DNA of 64,000 nucleotides from Candidatus Woesearchaeota archaeon (GCA_047602905.1 JBLKOP010000004.1:33990-97989); one strand, 5' to 3'. Counted from the first letter of the stretch, positions 36,968 to 47,734 are shown. The notes: generated from the sequence alone by a model not told the origin. Made by a program: numbers and translations.

Positions 36968-37447
36968 ATGAAGCTTAGTGACGCATTATCTCGAGTTGAT
37001 GAGTACAGTAAAGATTTGCCTAGTGGTTGTTATTTGGCTCACGCGTTTTTTATGGATGATGGTCGTGATGAGTGGCAGGTGGGTTTTGTTAATCCTGATG
37101 ATGAGTCGATTATTGTTTTTGTTGTTAGTGAGGATTCAGTAACTAAGAACCCTCCTTCTGAGGCGTTTAAGAAACCTGAGGATGTCATTGCTCCTCTTCG
37201 TCTTGAGGAAGTAAAGGTTCCTGCTTCTCAGGCTCTTGCTGCTGCGAAGAAACATCTTTCTGAGAAGTATCCTACTCATCCTCTTAAGCAAGCTATTTTG
37301 TTATTGCAAGTCCTTGATGGCTCTCAGGTGTATAACATTACTTTGGTTACTGAAACGTTTTATTTACTGAATCTTAAGCTTGCTTCTAGTTCTGGCGAGG
37401 TTGTTTCTGAGGAGTTTGATCATTTGATGAAGTTACGCCAGGAGTAG
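36968..37447 (+). CDS. Hypothetical protein
   Basis: 159-aa ORF, no recognisable motifs. Confidence 0.35.
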   Translation: MKLSDALSRVDEYSKDLPSGCYLAHAFFMDDGRDEWQVGFVNPDDESIIVFVVSEDSVTKNPPSEAFKKPEDVIAPLRLEEVKVPASQALAAAKKHLSEKYPTHPLKQAILLLQVLDGSQVYNITLVTETFYLLNLKLASSSGEVVSEEFDHLMKLRQE

Positions 37448-37697
37448 CGTTTTTTCTTTTATTTTCCACACCTACAACACTAGTTTTTCTTTGGTAGTTA
37501 CGCAGCACAATTGACTATATAAAGTGGTGTTTGGAAATACTGTGTATGGCAATAAGTTATGCAGCAATCAAAAAAAGTAGTAAGTTAACAGCGTTTTTCT
37601 CCTCAGACTCTGAAGAGGAAGAAGAATAGTTGAGGTAATGGTTTTCTAATATTTTTTTCTCGATAGTTCTTTATATGTGTACGCGTGGTTTTCTTGT

Positions 37698-38228
37698 ATG
37701 ACTATCATCACGTTTTCTGGCCATAACGGTTCTGGTAAGACTGCTGTTTCCAAAGAGGTTGCTAAGCAGCTTGGTTTTTCTTGGTGGGGTATGGCTGAGA
37801 TTACTCGTGCTCATGCAGAGGAGCTTGGCATAAGTATTCTTGAGCATGACAGAATGGTTGCTAATAACCCTGATATTGATCGCGAGCTTGATAAGAAGCT
37901 TGCTGAGCTATCTAGTAAAGAAGACATTGTTGTTGATAGCCGCGCAGGTTGGCATTTCTTGCCTGAAAGTATTAAGGTGTTCTTGACTGCTTCTGAGGCT
38001 GTTCGTGCGCAAAGAGCGTTTAGTGGTCAAAGAAGTAATGAGAAGTACGCTACTGTGGAGGATGCTCGTAGAGGTCTTGCTGAGCGCATAGAAGTGTTTC
38101 GTTCTCGTTTACAGAAGCTGTACGGTATTAATGTGTATGATGAGAAGAACTTTGATATCGTTATTGACACAAGTGATATGAGTGTTGAAGAAGTTGTTAT
38201 GAAAGTGTTAGAGGAAGTTCAGCTGTAG
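37698..38228 (+). CDS. cmk: Cytidylate kinase, archaeal type
   Basis: MTIITFSGHNGSGKTAVSKEVAKQLGF (P-loop) and overall match to archaeal CMP kinase (~175 aa). Track start at upstream GTG. Confidence 0.7.
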   Translation: MTIITFSGHNGSGKTAVSKEVAKQLGFSWWGMAEITRAHAEELGISILEHDRMVANNPDIDRELDKKLAELSSKEDIVVDSRAGWHFLPESIKVFLTASEAVRAQRAFSGQRSNEKYATVEDARRGLAERIEVFRSRLQKLYGINVYDEKNFDIVIDTSDMSVEEVVMKVLEEVQL

Positions 38229-38458
38229 TCTCTCCATGTGTGGTTGCACTTGCTGCATTTCATGAATTTGGTTTCTGGCTCATCTCCTGCTCGTGTTTGT
38301 TGTAGCCACCAAAACGCTCCCATGTGCCCGCATTCTGGGCACTCAATTAGTTTGTCTTCTGGCAGGGTTTCTTCTTGTGAGTCGATAACCTCGATTTTTT
38401 TCTTTGCCTTGTTTTCTTCTACGATTGGCTTTTTCATGAGCTCGTCTAGGTATCCCAT
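38219..38458 (-). CDS. TFIIS/TFS-type C-terminal zinc-ribbon protein (single ribbon; N-terminal ribbon absent)
   Basis: CPECGHMGAFWWLQQTRAGDEPETKFMKCSKCNHTWR = TFS/RpoM C-ribbon with acidic DE hairpin. Only 79 aa. Confidence 0.6.
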   Translation of the reverse strand: MGYLDELMKKPIVEENKAKKKIEVIDSQEETLPEDKLIECPECGHMGAFWWLQQTRAGDEPETKFMKCSKCNHTWRDYS

Positions 38459-38500
38459 ATCTTCTTCCTATCGTTGAGTCGTTTAAATAACTTGCTGTTT

Positions 38501-39250
38501 TTATAATCTGCTTGCTATTGCTTCTAGGCCTATGAGTTCTAGGAGGTTAACAAACCCTATTTTTAGGTATCCTATCCAAGGTATTCTTGCATACGCCTTT
38601 CCTATTATTATGTCCTTAGTTACTTGTGTTTCATCTAGTAAAGCAACTGCTCCTGGAGTGTTTTGTGTTACCAGTGTTGTTCCTTGCACGCATGGGCTTA
38701 GTATTATTCGTGAGTTGCTCTCGTAGTAGCACTCATACAGGTTTCGTCCGTCGGTGAGTACGTATTGTTGTATGGGCTCAGGGTTGTTATCTCCTTTTGT
38801 CAGGTACACTCCTTCTTCTGGTATGTCTACTATTCGGTGTATTATGGGGTATTGTTTGTTTGCAAAGAAAATAATTATGTCTCCTACTTCTAGGTTGTTT
38901 GCTCCTCTGACTGCTATTACGTCTCCGGTGTTAAAGCCGTTTCTGAACGGGAATTCTGCGAATTGTTCTTGGTTTATTCCTCTCTCTTCATACCACTCTC
39001 CGCACGTACTCCACCAGTCTCCTTGGTTTTCTTCTCCGCAAAGAGTTTCTCCTTGGTGCTCCATGCTTCCGCTTATTACTGCTACTACTGGTAGGGGCGT
39101 TCCTGCTATGAGTCCTATTGCTGGATAAAGAACGTATTTGATGATGATAAAGGCTACAAGTATTTGTGCTATTAGCGCCGCTGCTGAGTCGTCGTGCCAT
39201 AGGAAATGCCAGGTTTTCTGCCACCACGTTTGTGGCTTTTGTTTAGTCAT
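38501..39250 (-). CDS. Signal peptidase I, archaeal/ER Sec11 type (S26B)
   Basis: N-terminal TM, VISGSMEH (SGSME box with catalytic Ser), GDVIAV box. Confidence 0.7.
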   Translation of the reverse strand: MTKQKPQTWWQKTWHFLWHDDSAAALIAQILVAFIIIKYVLYPAIGLIAGTPLPVVAVISGSMEHQGETLCGEENQGDWWSTCGEWYEERGINQEQFAEFPFRNGFNTGDVIAVRGANNLEVGDIIIFFANKQYPIIHRIVDIPEEGVYLTKGDNNPEPIQQYVLTDGRNLYECYYESNSRIILSPCVQGTTLVTQNTPGAVALLDETQVTKDIIIGKAYARIPWIGYLKIGFVNLLELIGLEAIASRL

Positions 39251-39331
39251 AGAGTAGTTGCTACTTGCTTGTATTATTTAATGATGTCGTGTGTGAGCGA
39301 TTATTTTTTAAAACCGTGAGTACTTCTGTTT

Positions 39332-39874
39332 TTGATGCATGTACAAGTAAAAACTACTAAGCCGTATGAGTTGTGCACGTATAACGTATTTGCTGTTTCT
39401 ATAATTGATGGTGGTATGAACGAGCTTGAAAGACTTACAAAATATGATCCACTTACAGGTATAAGTCATCGATTACAGGGCGCAGGGTACACGTATGATT
39501 CGCTTGATGCGCCTGATGTTGCTAGGAGTAATCGGTTGCATAACGTTGTCACGTCTTTTGCTGATACGCGTTTTGCTACGTTAGATGAACTTACGCATCA
39601 TTTTGTTCGTAATCTTAAGGAGGGTCTTCGTTTGCAGATGATTTACCTAAACGATTCTACTCCTCGCAATGTTGAGGCGAATATTTCTTTTGAGATTCCT
39701 CAAGAAACGCCTAATATGGGTTTTGATTTTGAGTATCTTGTTCCTCGCTCACTTACGTTTCAGGAGCAAGAAGTGTTTCGTAAAGTAGTAGATCCTCTTA
39801 TGGGCGGAGTTATTTGTTGGGATGATGAGCAGACTGTTCGGTTACAAAAGCAGTTTTCTCGTATTATTGATTAA
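39332..39874 (+). CDS. Hypothetical protein
   Basis: 180-aa ORF, no family recognised. Confidence 0.35.
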   Translation: MMHVQVKTTKPYELCTYNVFAVSIIDGGMNELERLTKYDPLTGISHRLQGAGYTYDSLDAPDVARSNRLHNVVTSFADTRFATLDELTHHFVRNLKEGLRLQMIYLNDSTPRNVEANISFEIPQETPNMGFDFEYLVPRSLTFQEQEVFRKVVDPLMGGVICWDDEQTVRLQKQFSRIID

Positions 39875-39921
39875 AAATAGATAATCAACAGCCTTTTATT
39901 TAGAGGCTCGCTTGCGTTTGT

Positions 39922-40947
39922 ATGGCTTTCTGTCCTATTTGCGGTGTTGACGCGGTTGACGTGTTTTGTGAGTCTTGTTTGCGACAGCGAGAGCCTCTTA
40001 TCTCTGAGATTAAGCCGTTTACGTTGACTGTTTGTCCTTCTACTGATGAGATTGAGATTCGTGGCGATTGGTATCCTCTTAAGAAGTTTTCTCGTCTCGT
40101 TGATAAAGCTATTACGTTTAATTCTCGCGCGCAAATCATGGAGGTTGATTTTCCTACTCCTATTTTTGAGGAGAAGCCTCGCGAGTTTACTCTTCCTATT
40201 CTTGTTATTGGCACAGTAAGTAAGTTTCTTGAGCCCTACGAGGAGGAGTACGAAATCGAGGTTCCTGTTGAGATTCGTGAGTCTCCTAAGGCTTCGTTGT
40301 CTAAGAGCGGGTATTTTGAGGGTACGCTTCAGTTGCGTAATCCTCGTGATGAGGTAGTACAGGCTATTGAGGAGTTGGTTTCTTCTGTTGATGACGCTCA
40401 TATCGCTCGTGTTAAGGATGTTCGTGGAGGTATTGATTTTGATTTTACTAACCAGGAGTACATGGTTTCTTTGGTGTATGAGTTGCGTAAGCGCTTTGGT
40501 GGTTTAGTGCAAAAAAACGCTAAGTTGCATACGTACGATCACCAAGCTAGTAAGAAGGTGTATCGTCTTACGTGTTTGCTTCGTCTTCCTAAGTTCTGGG
40601 TTGGTGATGTTATTCAGACTCGTAAGCGCTTACTAAAAGTTACTTCTATGGGTTCTTCTGTTCATGGCTGGGATTTGCAGCGTCGTAAATATACTTCTCT
40701 TCCTTGTCCTGCTGATAAGGAGTTTGTGATTCATGAGCAAGAACGAGTTGTTTTGAGTTCTACTCGTCCTCAGGCTATGATTCTTGATCCTGAAACGTTT
40801 CAGGAGACTCCTTTAGCGCATAGCGTTACTGAGCCTGCTGGTACTGAGTTGTCTGTGGTGTTTGTTGATGGAGAGTATTTTGTTGCTGATATGTTGCCTT
40901 CAGAACATCAACGTTTAAAAGAGCGTAGAGCTGCTAAGAAGCAATGA
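39922..40947 (+). CDS. NMD3-family (ribosomal large subunit export/biogenesis) protein, second Cys cluster degenerate
   Basis: MAFCPICG...DVFCESCLRQREPLISEIKPFTLTVCPSTDEIEIRGDWYP parallels NMD3 N-terminus (CPxCG...CxxC...C.DCG...W). 4-nt overlap with next gene. Confidence 0.55.
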   Translation: MAFCPICGVDAVDVFCESCLRQREPLISEIKPFTLTVCPSTDEIEIRGDWYPLKKFSRLVDKAITFNSRAQIMEVDFPTPIFEEKPREFTLPILVIGTVSKFLEPYEEEYEIEVPVEIRESPKASLSKSGYFEGTLQLRNPRDEVVQAIEELVSSVDDAHIARVKDVRGGIDFDFTNQEYMVSLVYELRKRFGGLVQKNAKLHTYDHQASKKVYRLTCLLRLPKFWVGDVIQTRKRLLKVTSMGSSVHGWDLQRRKYTSLPCPADKEFVIHEQERVVLSSTRPQAMILDPETFQETPLAHSVTEPAGTELSVVFVDGEYFVADMLPSEHQRLKERRAAKKQ

Positions 40948-42581
40948 GAGCGAGTATTATTATACTGTTATTTTTTCTTATTCCTGTTGCTGCTGCTTCC
41001 TCTACGATTGATATCTTGTCTGTTTCTGAGTCTGAGGATCGCTTAGGTGGTGTCGCTACTGCTTCGTTATCTACTCGTAGCGGTAGTGGCGCTGTCTTTA
41101 TTGATTCCTATCCTCTTACGCGTATTGATACGCAGTTATCGGCTCGTTTTGCTCGTTTATATGCGTGTTCTCTTGCTGGTGTTGATTGTTCTCAAGTAGA
41201 TTTTTTTTATACGTTGCGTGCGGGTAGTTCTATTATTGGCGGTCCTTCTGCGGGTGCTGCTCTTACTGTTCTTTCTTATGCTGAGCTTACGGGTTTGCCT
41301 ATTGATCGTTCCACTACTATTACGGGTACGATTACTGGTAGTGGCTTAATTGGTCCTGTTGGTGGTATTGAGCAGAAGGTTTTGGCTGCTGAGCGTAACG
41401 GGTTTTCTCGCGTGTTGGTTCCTTCTGTTGAGTTGCATCTTGCTTCTAATACTTCTTCTATTGAGGTGGTGGGTGTTTCTAGTGTTGAGGAAGCAATTTT
41501 TTATTTTACTGGCAAGGACGTTTCTCACCCGTACACAGAGATCATCGTTCCTGATGAGTACACTGCGCAAATGGCTGATGTTGCTTTGCAGTTGTGTGAG
41601 CGTAGTTCTTCTTTGAAGCAGCAAGTAAGTAATGTTTCTTCTCGTGTTGATGAGTGGCTTATTTCTTCTGCTCGCGCTGCTGCTAGTGAGAAGTATTATA
41701 GTGCTGCGAGTTTTTGTTTTTCTTCTAATCTTCGTTTGCAGGAGCAGCTTCTTGATAATCGCTCCCAGGATCATCTTCGTAGTATTATGAATCAGTTGCG
41801 CAGCGATATTGAGTTTTTTGATGCTTCTCTTCCTAGTGAGTTTTCTAGTGTTGCTGATTTTGAGGTGTACATGGTTGTTCGTGAGCGCTTACTTGATTCT
41901 TTTGATGTTCTTGAAGCTCAGGATGTGCGTAATATTTCTTCTTCTCGTTTAGCGTATGCTGTTGAGCGGTTTTCTTCTGCTGTTGCTTGGAGTAGTTTTT
42001 TTGGTGTTATTGATAGTCCTGCTCTTGATTTGGATGAGCAGTGGTTGCGTCAGAGTTGTTCTCAGCAGAGCTTAGCTGCTCAGGAGAGCGTGAATTATGT
42101 TTCGTTTATTCTTGGTTCTTCTCTTGAGGATGTTCATCGTGATGTGCGTACTGCTCTTGAGTATCAGCGTCAGGGGGAGTGGGCTTTGTGTATTTGGTCT
42201 TCTCTAAAGGCTCGTGCTCAGGCTGAGGCTATTACTACGGTTGCTTTTGCGGGTGATTTTCTTAATGAGACTGTTGCGTTAAAGCATGAGCGTGCTGGTC
42301 AGAGCGTTGCTGCTGCTTCTGCTCGCGGGTTGTTTCCTGTTATGAGTTATGCGTATTTTGAGTATGCTGGTGAGGTTGAGGATGTGTTTAGTAAGAATTT
42401 GTATTCTGAGTATTCGTTGAGTTTGTCTATGCTTGATTTGTATCGTGGAGCTCCTTCTTCTTTGTTTCGTGTTGATTCTTCTCGTGTGTTGCTCTTGGTG
42501 TTTGGTATAATTATTGGTGTTTGTTTGGGCGTTCTTGGTTTGTCTGCTCGTAGTTTCTATACGTCTCGTAGAAAGAAATAA
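40944..42581 (+). CDS. Membrane-anchored Lon-like (S16) serine peptidase domain protein without AAA+ module
   Basis: Signal/TM N-term. IIGGPSAGAALTVLSYAEL...GTITGSGLIGPVGGIEQKVLAAERNGFSRVLVP = Lon protease catalytic Ser (PSAG) and Lys region. ~300-aa helical C-domain and C-terminal TM. Confidence 0.55.
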   Translation: MRASIIILLFFLIPVAAASSTIDILSVSESEDRLGGVATASLSTRSGSGAVFIDSYPLTRIDTQLSARFARLYACSLAGVDCSQVDFFYTLRAGSSIIGGPSAGAALTVLSYAELTGLPIDRSTTITGTITGSGLIGPVGGIEQKVLAAERNGFSRVLVPSVELHLASNTSSIEVVGVSSVEEAIFYFTGKDVSHPYTEIIVPDEYTAQMADVALQLCERSSSLKQQVSNVSSRVDEWLISSARAAASEKYYSAASFCFSSNLRLQEQLLDNRSQDHLRSIMNQLRSDIEFFDASLPSEFSSVADFEVYMVVRERLLDSFDVLEAQDVRNISSSRLAYAVERFSSAVAWSSFFGVIDSPALDLDEQWLRQSCSQQSLAAQESVNYVSFILGSSLEDVHRDVRTALEYQRQGEWALCIWSSLKARAQAEAITTVAFAGDFLNETVALKHERAGQSVAAASARGLFPVMSYAYFEYAGEVEDVFSKNLYSEYSLSLSMLDLYRGAPSSLFRVDSSRVLLLVFGIIIGVCLGVLGLSARSFYTSRRKK

Positions 42582-42589
42582 GATTCCTA

Positions 42590-42627
42590 AACGGACCGGA
42601 AGCAGTTGCTTCCGTTTGTTGTCCGTT
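42590..42627 (+). terminator. Nested hairpin followed by T-rich tract, 9 nt after stop of 40944..42581
   Basis: Inner stem cggaagc/gcttccg (42597-42603 / 42608-42614, loop agtt). Outer stem aacggac/gtccgtt (42590-42596 / 42621-42627) with tttgtt between. Confidence 0.4.
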
Positions 42628-42746
42628 CAGGAAAAGAGGTGAGTATATGTTGTGTTGTGTTACTTACTTATATACATATCGGTTTTGTTACTCCTTTAGA
42701 ATGAATACGTAATGTCTTAAGTACGTCTATTCTACATCTGTCTATC

Positions 42747-43157
42747 ATGGCAACTCCGTTAATTATTCGTCGGTTTCGCAAAGAGCTGCGAGAGCGAGAA
42801 GATATCGCCGTAAACTCCACAGTAACGTTGTGTGATGACCCTGCAAGAAAAGCAAATACTCAGGCAGCTACTCTTCTCTTGCAAGAAGTGTTTCATGGAC
42901 GAATAACTATTCGTACAAGCCCTGATGGTTTGGTGTGTGGTAGTCGCGAGGAAGCTGCTATTCTTCGCTTACAAGCGTATACACGCACAAACCCCGTACG
43001 TTATGATATGTTACTCACTCACATTCCTGTACAAGACATAGAAGAGTACTTAGTAAGTAAAGGAATTTCTTCTCAAGTATACATTCCTTCTAGTCCTGAG
43101 CAGGAGTTCGTGTTTTCTCTTGCAGAACAATTCTCTGATGTGGTGTATGGCTTATGA
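42747..43157 (+). CDS. Hypothetical protein
   Basis: 136 aa. ATGA overlap with next gene. Confidence 0.4.
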   Translation: MATPLIIRRFRKELREREDIAVNSTVTLCDDPARKANTQAATLLLQEVFHGRITIRTSPDGLVCGSREEAAILRLQAYTRTNPVRYDMLLTHIPVQDIEEYLVSKGISSQVYIPSSPEQEFVFSLAEQFSDVVYGL

Positions 43158-43621
43158 ATTATCGCGTAGTATTCTTCATAATTGCTATTACGCTAGTCGT
43201 TATGGGTAGTGTGCTGTTCTTTGTCATTTCTAGTGGTGCTAAAGGAGCACAAACAGTTGTATTAACGCAGTCAGAAAGTGTTTCTTTTGATAATGACGCA
43301 GTTAATAAGGGGTTGTTTACTGTAGGTACTCCTTCGTTTTTTACGCAAAACCATAGTTGTCGTGCTGGGTTTATGGATGACGTGTACGTCTCTGTTAGTA
43401 TGCTGTATAGTAATCCTCCTCGTAGCTGCTCGTTTTTTGTTAATGATCGGTACGTGCGCACACAAAGGGATTTGCAGCCTAGCTGTGTTGGTTCTTGTCC
43501 TTCTGGAGAGTTTTCTCGTACGTTTCTTATTGATGAACTTGATGTTCGTGACTCGCACACGCTTCGAGTGTGTTGTAATGATATCTGTACTCAGCGACGA
43601 ATAGCTGCTGTTTGTTCTTGA
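43154..43621 (+). CDS. Cys-rich secreted/membrane protein
   Basis: N-terminal TM VVFFIIAITLVVMGSVLFFVI. 9 Cys in extracytoplasmic part. Confidence 0.4.
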   Translation: MNYRVVFFIIAITLVVMGSVLFFVISSGAKGAQTVVLTQSESVSFDNDAVNKGLFTVGTPSFFTQNHSCRAGFMDDVYVSVSMLYSNPPRSCSFFVNDRYVRTQRDLQPSCVGSCPSGEFSRTFLIDELDVRDSHTLRVCCNDICTQRRIAAVCS

Positions 43622-43673
43622 AAGCTTTTCGGTTTTTTCTTCTTAACGCATAAAAAAGCTTGTTTGTGTATAG

Positions 43674-44540
43674 GTGGCTATGCGTTACTACATACTGCTA
43701 TTGTTGTTGGTTCTTTCTGGCTGCGGTGTTTCTGAGCAAGGAAGCGTAGAGGTAGTTATTTGTCCTGAGTGCTTTGAGGCGTACCAGGGTTTTGTTCACT
43801 GCGCGTTTTATAGTACTCATTGGCCTAAAGAGACGTATCTTATTGACGCAGATAATTATGCTGGTGTTGGCATTCCTATTTCTCTTCGTGGCTACATGCA
43901 TCACAAGTTTTGTTTTACTGATACGCACGCTGTTTTTGGCTCTGCTAACCCTACTCAGACTGGTCTTGGTCTTAATGATAACTTGGTTGTTCGTGTAGAG
44001 TCTGCTGTTATGGCAAGTAATTTTGCTTCTGAGTACGATTTCTTGTTGGGTGTTGGTTCTGGCTTGTTCACGCAGAGGTGGGTGTTTAATGGGCAAGAAA
44101 TTGAGATGTTGTTTTGTCCGCGAAGTGGTTGTGAGAAGCGTATTTTGGAGTTGCTTGTGGAAGCTGAGCGTAGCGTAGTGTTTTTGTCGTTTAGTTTTAC
44201 TAGCCAGCCTATTGGTGATGCTCTTATTACGTTACACGAGAGTGGTTTGTGCGTTCAGGGCGTTGTTGAGAACCGTGCTTCTCGTGCTAGCTATGCACAA
44301 ACTCCTCGCTTACAAGAAGCGGGTGTTGGTGTTGTTCGTGTGCAGACTCCTGGTGTCATGCATCACAAAGCGTTTCTTATTGATAACACAACTGCTATTA
44401 TTGGCTCGTATAATCCTAGTCAGAACGCGAACGTAAATAATGCAGAAACAGTCGTTATTATTCGAGAAGAAGCAGTTATTGCTGTGCTTAATGAGGAGTT
44501 TACTCGTCTAAGCGGAGCTGTTGCGTGCAAACGCTTTTAA
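43674..44540 (+). CDS. Phospholipase D-family protein with two HKD motifs; lipoprotein-type signal
   Basis: HHKFCFTD...GSANPT and HHKAFLIDN...GSYNPS (HxKx4D...GSxN). N-term MAMRYYILLLLLVLSGCG. Confidence 0.8.
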   Translation: MAMRYYILLLLLVLSGCGVSEQGSVEVVICPECFEAYQGFVHCAFYSTHWPKETYLIDADNYAGVGIPISLRGYMHHKFCFTDTHAVFGSANPTQTGLGLNDNLVVRVESAVMASNFASEYDFLLGVGSGLFTQRWVFNGQEIEMLFCPRSGCEKRILELLVEAERSVVFLSFSFTSQPIGDALITLHESGLCVQGVVENRASRASYAQTPRLQEAGVGVVRVQTPGVMHHKAFLIDNTTAIIGSYNPSQNANVNNAETVVIIREEAVIAVLNEEFTRLSGAVACKRF

Positions 44541-44575
44541 AGCCTGTTGTACTCGTAGGGTTGAGGATATTACAA

Positions 44576-45024
44576 TGACTATAATTGGATTTAATTTCAG
44601 CAGTATTTCAGCGAAGAAGAACAAGCCGGTAAAGGGACAGATTAAGATTAATCGTAAGTGCAGCCCTACGAAAGTAGAGGAGGTTCCTATGGGTGGCGAG
44701 CAAGACGCTCTTAAGTACACGTTTGAGTTTGAGGTTAAGTACGACCCTGGTGTTGCAGAGATTGCTTTTGAGGGAACTCTTGTTGAGTTAGTTGCTAAAG
44801 AGGAGCACAAGGCTATTCTTGATATGTGGTCTGAGAAGCAGACGTTTCCTCCTAAGTCGTTTGAGCGTGTCATGAATGAGTTGCTTGATCGTTGTCACGT
44901 GGAGGCTCTTATTATGGCTCGAGAGCTGGGCATTCCTGCTCCGTTTAAGCTTCCTGGTGTTCGTGTTGAAGAAAAGCAGCCTGAGAAGAAAGAAGCGAGT
45001 TCTGAGAAGAAAGCAAAAGAATAA
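44576..45024 (+). CDS. Hypothetical protein with Lys/Glu-rich C-terminus
   Basis: Track ORF starts at TTG 44521 overlapping PLD gene; ATG at 44576 (MTIIGFNFS) preferred. No family. Confidence 0.4.
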
Positions 45025-45087
45025 CTCTTTCGTTGATTTAAAGTCAACAATACTTTTTTAAATTCCTTTTCCCTCACAACAACCCCA

Positions 45088-47697
45088 ATGGCCGATAAAG
45101 AAATCACTCTACGAGTAGCAGAAGCAATTCAGGACGACGTCAACAAAGGAATCGTACGCATAGACAGCAGTTTCATGCACCAAATAGATGTGCGCCCAGG
45201 AGACATCGTAGAGATACAAGGAGAAAGAAAAACCGTTGGTATAGCTGACCGAGCATACCCAGGAGACATCGGCCTAAACATTATTCGTCTAGACGGTCTT
45301 CTACGAAGAAACGCTCGCACAACCATTGGAGAAAGCATTACTGTGCGTAAAGCAGACGTAAAAGAAGCCAAAAGCATTACTATAGCTCCTGCGAGAGGAG
45401 GAGTGATGATACGAGCAAACCCGATGATCTTCAAACAAGGACTTCTTGGGCGAGCAGTACAGAAAGGAGACGTTGTAAGCCTAGGAGGAAGTAGGCGAAG
45501 ACGCAACACCATGAGTAGTAATCCATTCTTTGAAGCAAGCGATATCTTTAACATGCTTGATGAAAACATGATGGGCTTTGGACTAGCAGACTTACGATTC
45601 ATCATCATAAAAGCAGATCCTGAAGGAGCAAGTATTATTACTGAGAACACGGACGTACAATTCAACCCAGAAGCGCAAGAAGTGGAGGACGAAGCAGGAA
45701 GCCTGCCAGAAGTCACCTACGAGGACGTAGGAGGTCTTGATGAAGAAGTCAAGAAAGTGCGTGAAATGGTAGAGCTACCGCTAAAGTACCCAGAGATTTT
45801 TGAGCGCTTAGGAATAGAACCACCAAAAGGAGTTCTTCTGCACGGACCTCCAGGAACAGGAAAGACCTTACTAGCAAAAGCGGTAGCGAGTGAAACCAAC
45901 AGTAACTTCTTAGTTATTAACGGCCCAGAAATCATGAGTAAGTACTACGGCCAAAGCGAAGAAAACCTTCGTAAGAAGTTTGAGGAAGCAGAACAAAACG
46001 CTCCAAGCATCATTTTTATTGACGAGATAGACGCTATAGCAACGAAAAGAGAAGAAAGCAAGGGAGAAGTTGAGCGACGAGTAGTAGCTCAGCTTCTAGC
46101 AATCATGGATGGTCTTAAGAGCCGTGGAAAAGTTGTTGTTATCGCAGCAACCAACATCCCTAACCAACTAGATCCTGCTTTGCGACGACCGGGCCGTTTT
46201 GATCGAGAAATCGAGATTGGCGTTCCTGGACAGCAAGGACGACTTAACATCCTAAAAATTCATAGCAGAAACATGCCTCTAGCGAGTTATAACACGGACT
46301 TATTAGCAGATAGTATTGTTGGTAAAGCGCAGCAAAGACACAAACACCTCCTTAAAGTAGGGGATAACCCTAAAGAAGTAGGTGAGTTAGAGCAAGCGCT
46401 TAAGCAATTAGAAACCGATACTGTACGTAAACAACTACGAGCAGTTCTTGGAGCGTATGAGGAAGAGTTCATGACTTCTGGAAAGCGAGCAGTTATTGCA
46501 AAGATTCGTGAAGTACTCGGAGAGGAGGAAAGCGTTAAGCAACTCATTGACTCCTTAAGCGATTCTGTTCTTGAGGAAGCAGATGATCAGACAAGAACGA
46601 TGAGTAAAGAAGCAATGCTTGAAGAAATTGCTCAAATAACGCATGGTTTTGTCGGTGCAGATCTTGCTTCTCTTACGCGAGAAAGCGCGATGATTGTTCT
46701 GCGAGAAATCCTTCCTGACCTTAATCTTAAAGAAGAAGAGCCTATTCCTAAAGAAGTTCTTGAGAAACTAAAAATTACAAAACATGACTTACTTGAAGCG
46801 CTCAAGACCGTTCGTCCTAGCGCTTTACGAGAAGTCCTTATACAAGTTCCTGACGTGAAATGGAGTGATGTTGGCGGTCTTGATACCGTTCAGCAAGAGC
46901 TCATAGAAGCAGTCGAGTGGCCTCTTAAGCGCAGAGAGACGTTTACGCGCATGGGCATTAAGCCTCCTAAAGGAGTTCTTCTCTACGGCCCTCCTGGAAC
47001 AGGAAAGACGTTGCTTGCAAAAGCGGTTGCTAGCCAGTCTGAAGCAAACTTCATCTTAGTTAAAGGTCCTGAGCTACTAAGTAAGTGGGTTGGTGAGAGC
47101 GAGAAGGCGGTAAGACAAATCTTTACGAAGGCTCGTCAAGCTAGTCCAACTATTATTTTCTTTGACGAAATAGACTCTCTTGCTCCTAGAAGAGGTGGTT
47201 CAGGAGAGAATAACGTTACTGAGCGAGTAGTGAATCAGTTACTTACCGAGATTGATGGTCTTCAAGAACTTACTGATATCGTTATTATCGGTGCTACTAA
47301 CCGCCCTGACATCCTTGATCCTGCTCTTATGCGGCCTGGTCGTTTTGATCGTATAGTTATGGTTTCTAGTCCTGACGCTGCTGGTAGAGAAAAAATCTTT
47401 GAGATTCATCTGCGCGGTGTCAAGCTTGCTGAGGACGTGGATATTAAGAAGTTAGTTGAGCAGACTGAAGGCTATGTGGGCGCTGATATCGAGAGTGTTG
47501 TTCGTGAAGCGGCTATTCATGCTATTCGCGAAAACCCTGAGGTTGAGAAAGTAGGTATGCAGTATTTCTTGCAGGCTCTTGAGAAAGTTAGGCCTAGCGT
47601 TACTAAGGAGATTGAGGATGCGTATAAGGATTTACAAAAGAACTTTCGTAAAGCGCGTGCTGAGGAGTTAAAGAACCGTCCGAGTTATTATGGATAG
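45088..47697 (+). CDS. cdc48: CDC48/VCP-like AAA+ ATPase (N domain plus D1 plus D2) with ~110-aa insertion in D1 helical subdomain
   Basis: N-domain, two Walker A GPPGTGKT, Walker [24 protein letters not shown] fingers. Insert between [11 protein letters not shown] and [15 protein letters not shown]. Confidence 0.9.
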   Translation: MADKEITLRVAEAIQDDVNKGIVRIDSSFMHQIDVRPGDIVEIQGERKTVGIADRAYPGDIGLNIIRLDGLLRRNARTTIGESITVRKADVKEAKSITIAPARGGVMIRANPMIFKQGLLGRAVQKGDVVSLGGSRRRRNTMSSNPFFEASDIFNMLDENMMGFGLADLRFIIIKADPEGASIITENTDVQFNPEAQEVEDEAGSLPEVTYEDVGGLDEEVKKVREMVELPLKYPEIFERLGIEPPKGVLLHGPPGTGKTLLAKAVASETNSNFLVINGPEIMSKYYGQSEENLRKKFEEAEQNAPSIIFIDEIDAIATKREESKGEVERRVVAQLLAIMDGLKSRGKVVVIAATNIPNQLDPALRRPGRFDREIEIGVPGQQGRLNILKIHSRNMPLASYNTDLLADSIVGKAQQRHKHLLKVGDNPKEVGELEQALKQLETDTVRKQLRAVLGAYEEEFMTSGKRAVIAKIREVLGEEESVKQLIDSLSDSVLEEADDQTRTMSKEAMLEEIAQITHGFVGADLASLTRESAMIVLREILPDLNLKEEEPIPKEVLEKLKITKHDLLEALKTVRPSALREVLIQVPDVKWSDVGGLDTVQQELIEAVEWPLKRRETFTRMGIKPPKGVLLYGPPGTGKTLLAKAVASQSEANFILVKGPELLSKWVGESEKAVRQIFTKARQASPTIIFFDEIDSLAPRRGGSGENNVTERVVNQLLTEIDGLQELTDIVIIGATNRPDILDPALMRPGRFDRIVMVSSPDAAGREKIFEIHLRGVKLAEDVDIKKLVEQTEGYVGADIESVVREAAIHAIRENPEVEKVGMQYFLQALEKVRPSVTKEIEDAYKDLQKNFRKARAEELKNRPSYYG

Positions 47698-47734
47698 GAA
47701 AAAATTATAAAAGAAGCATAAATTACGTTTTTGT

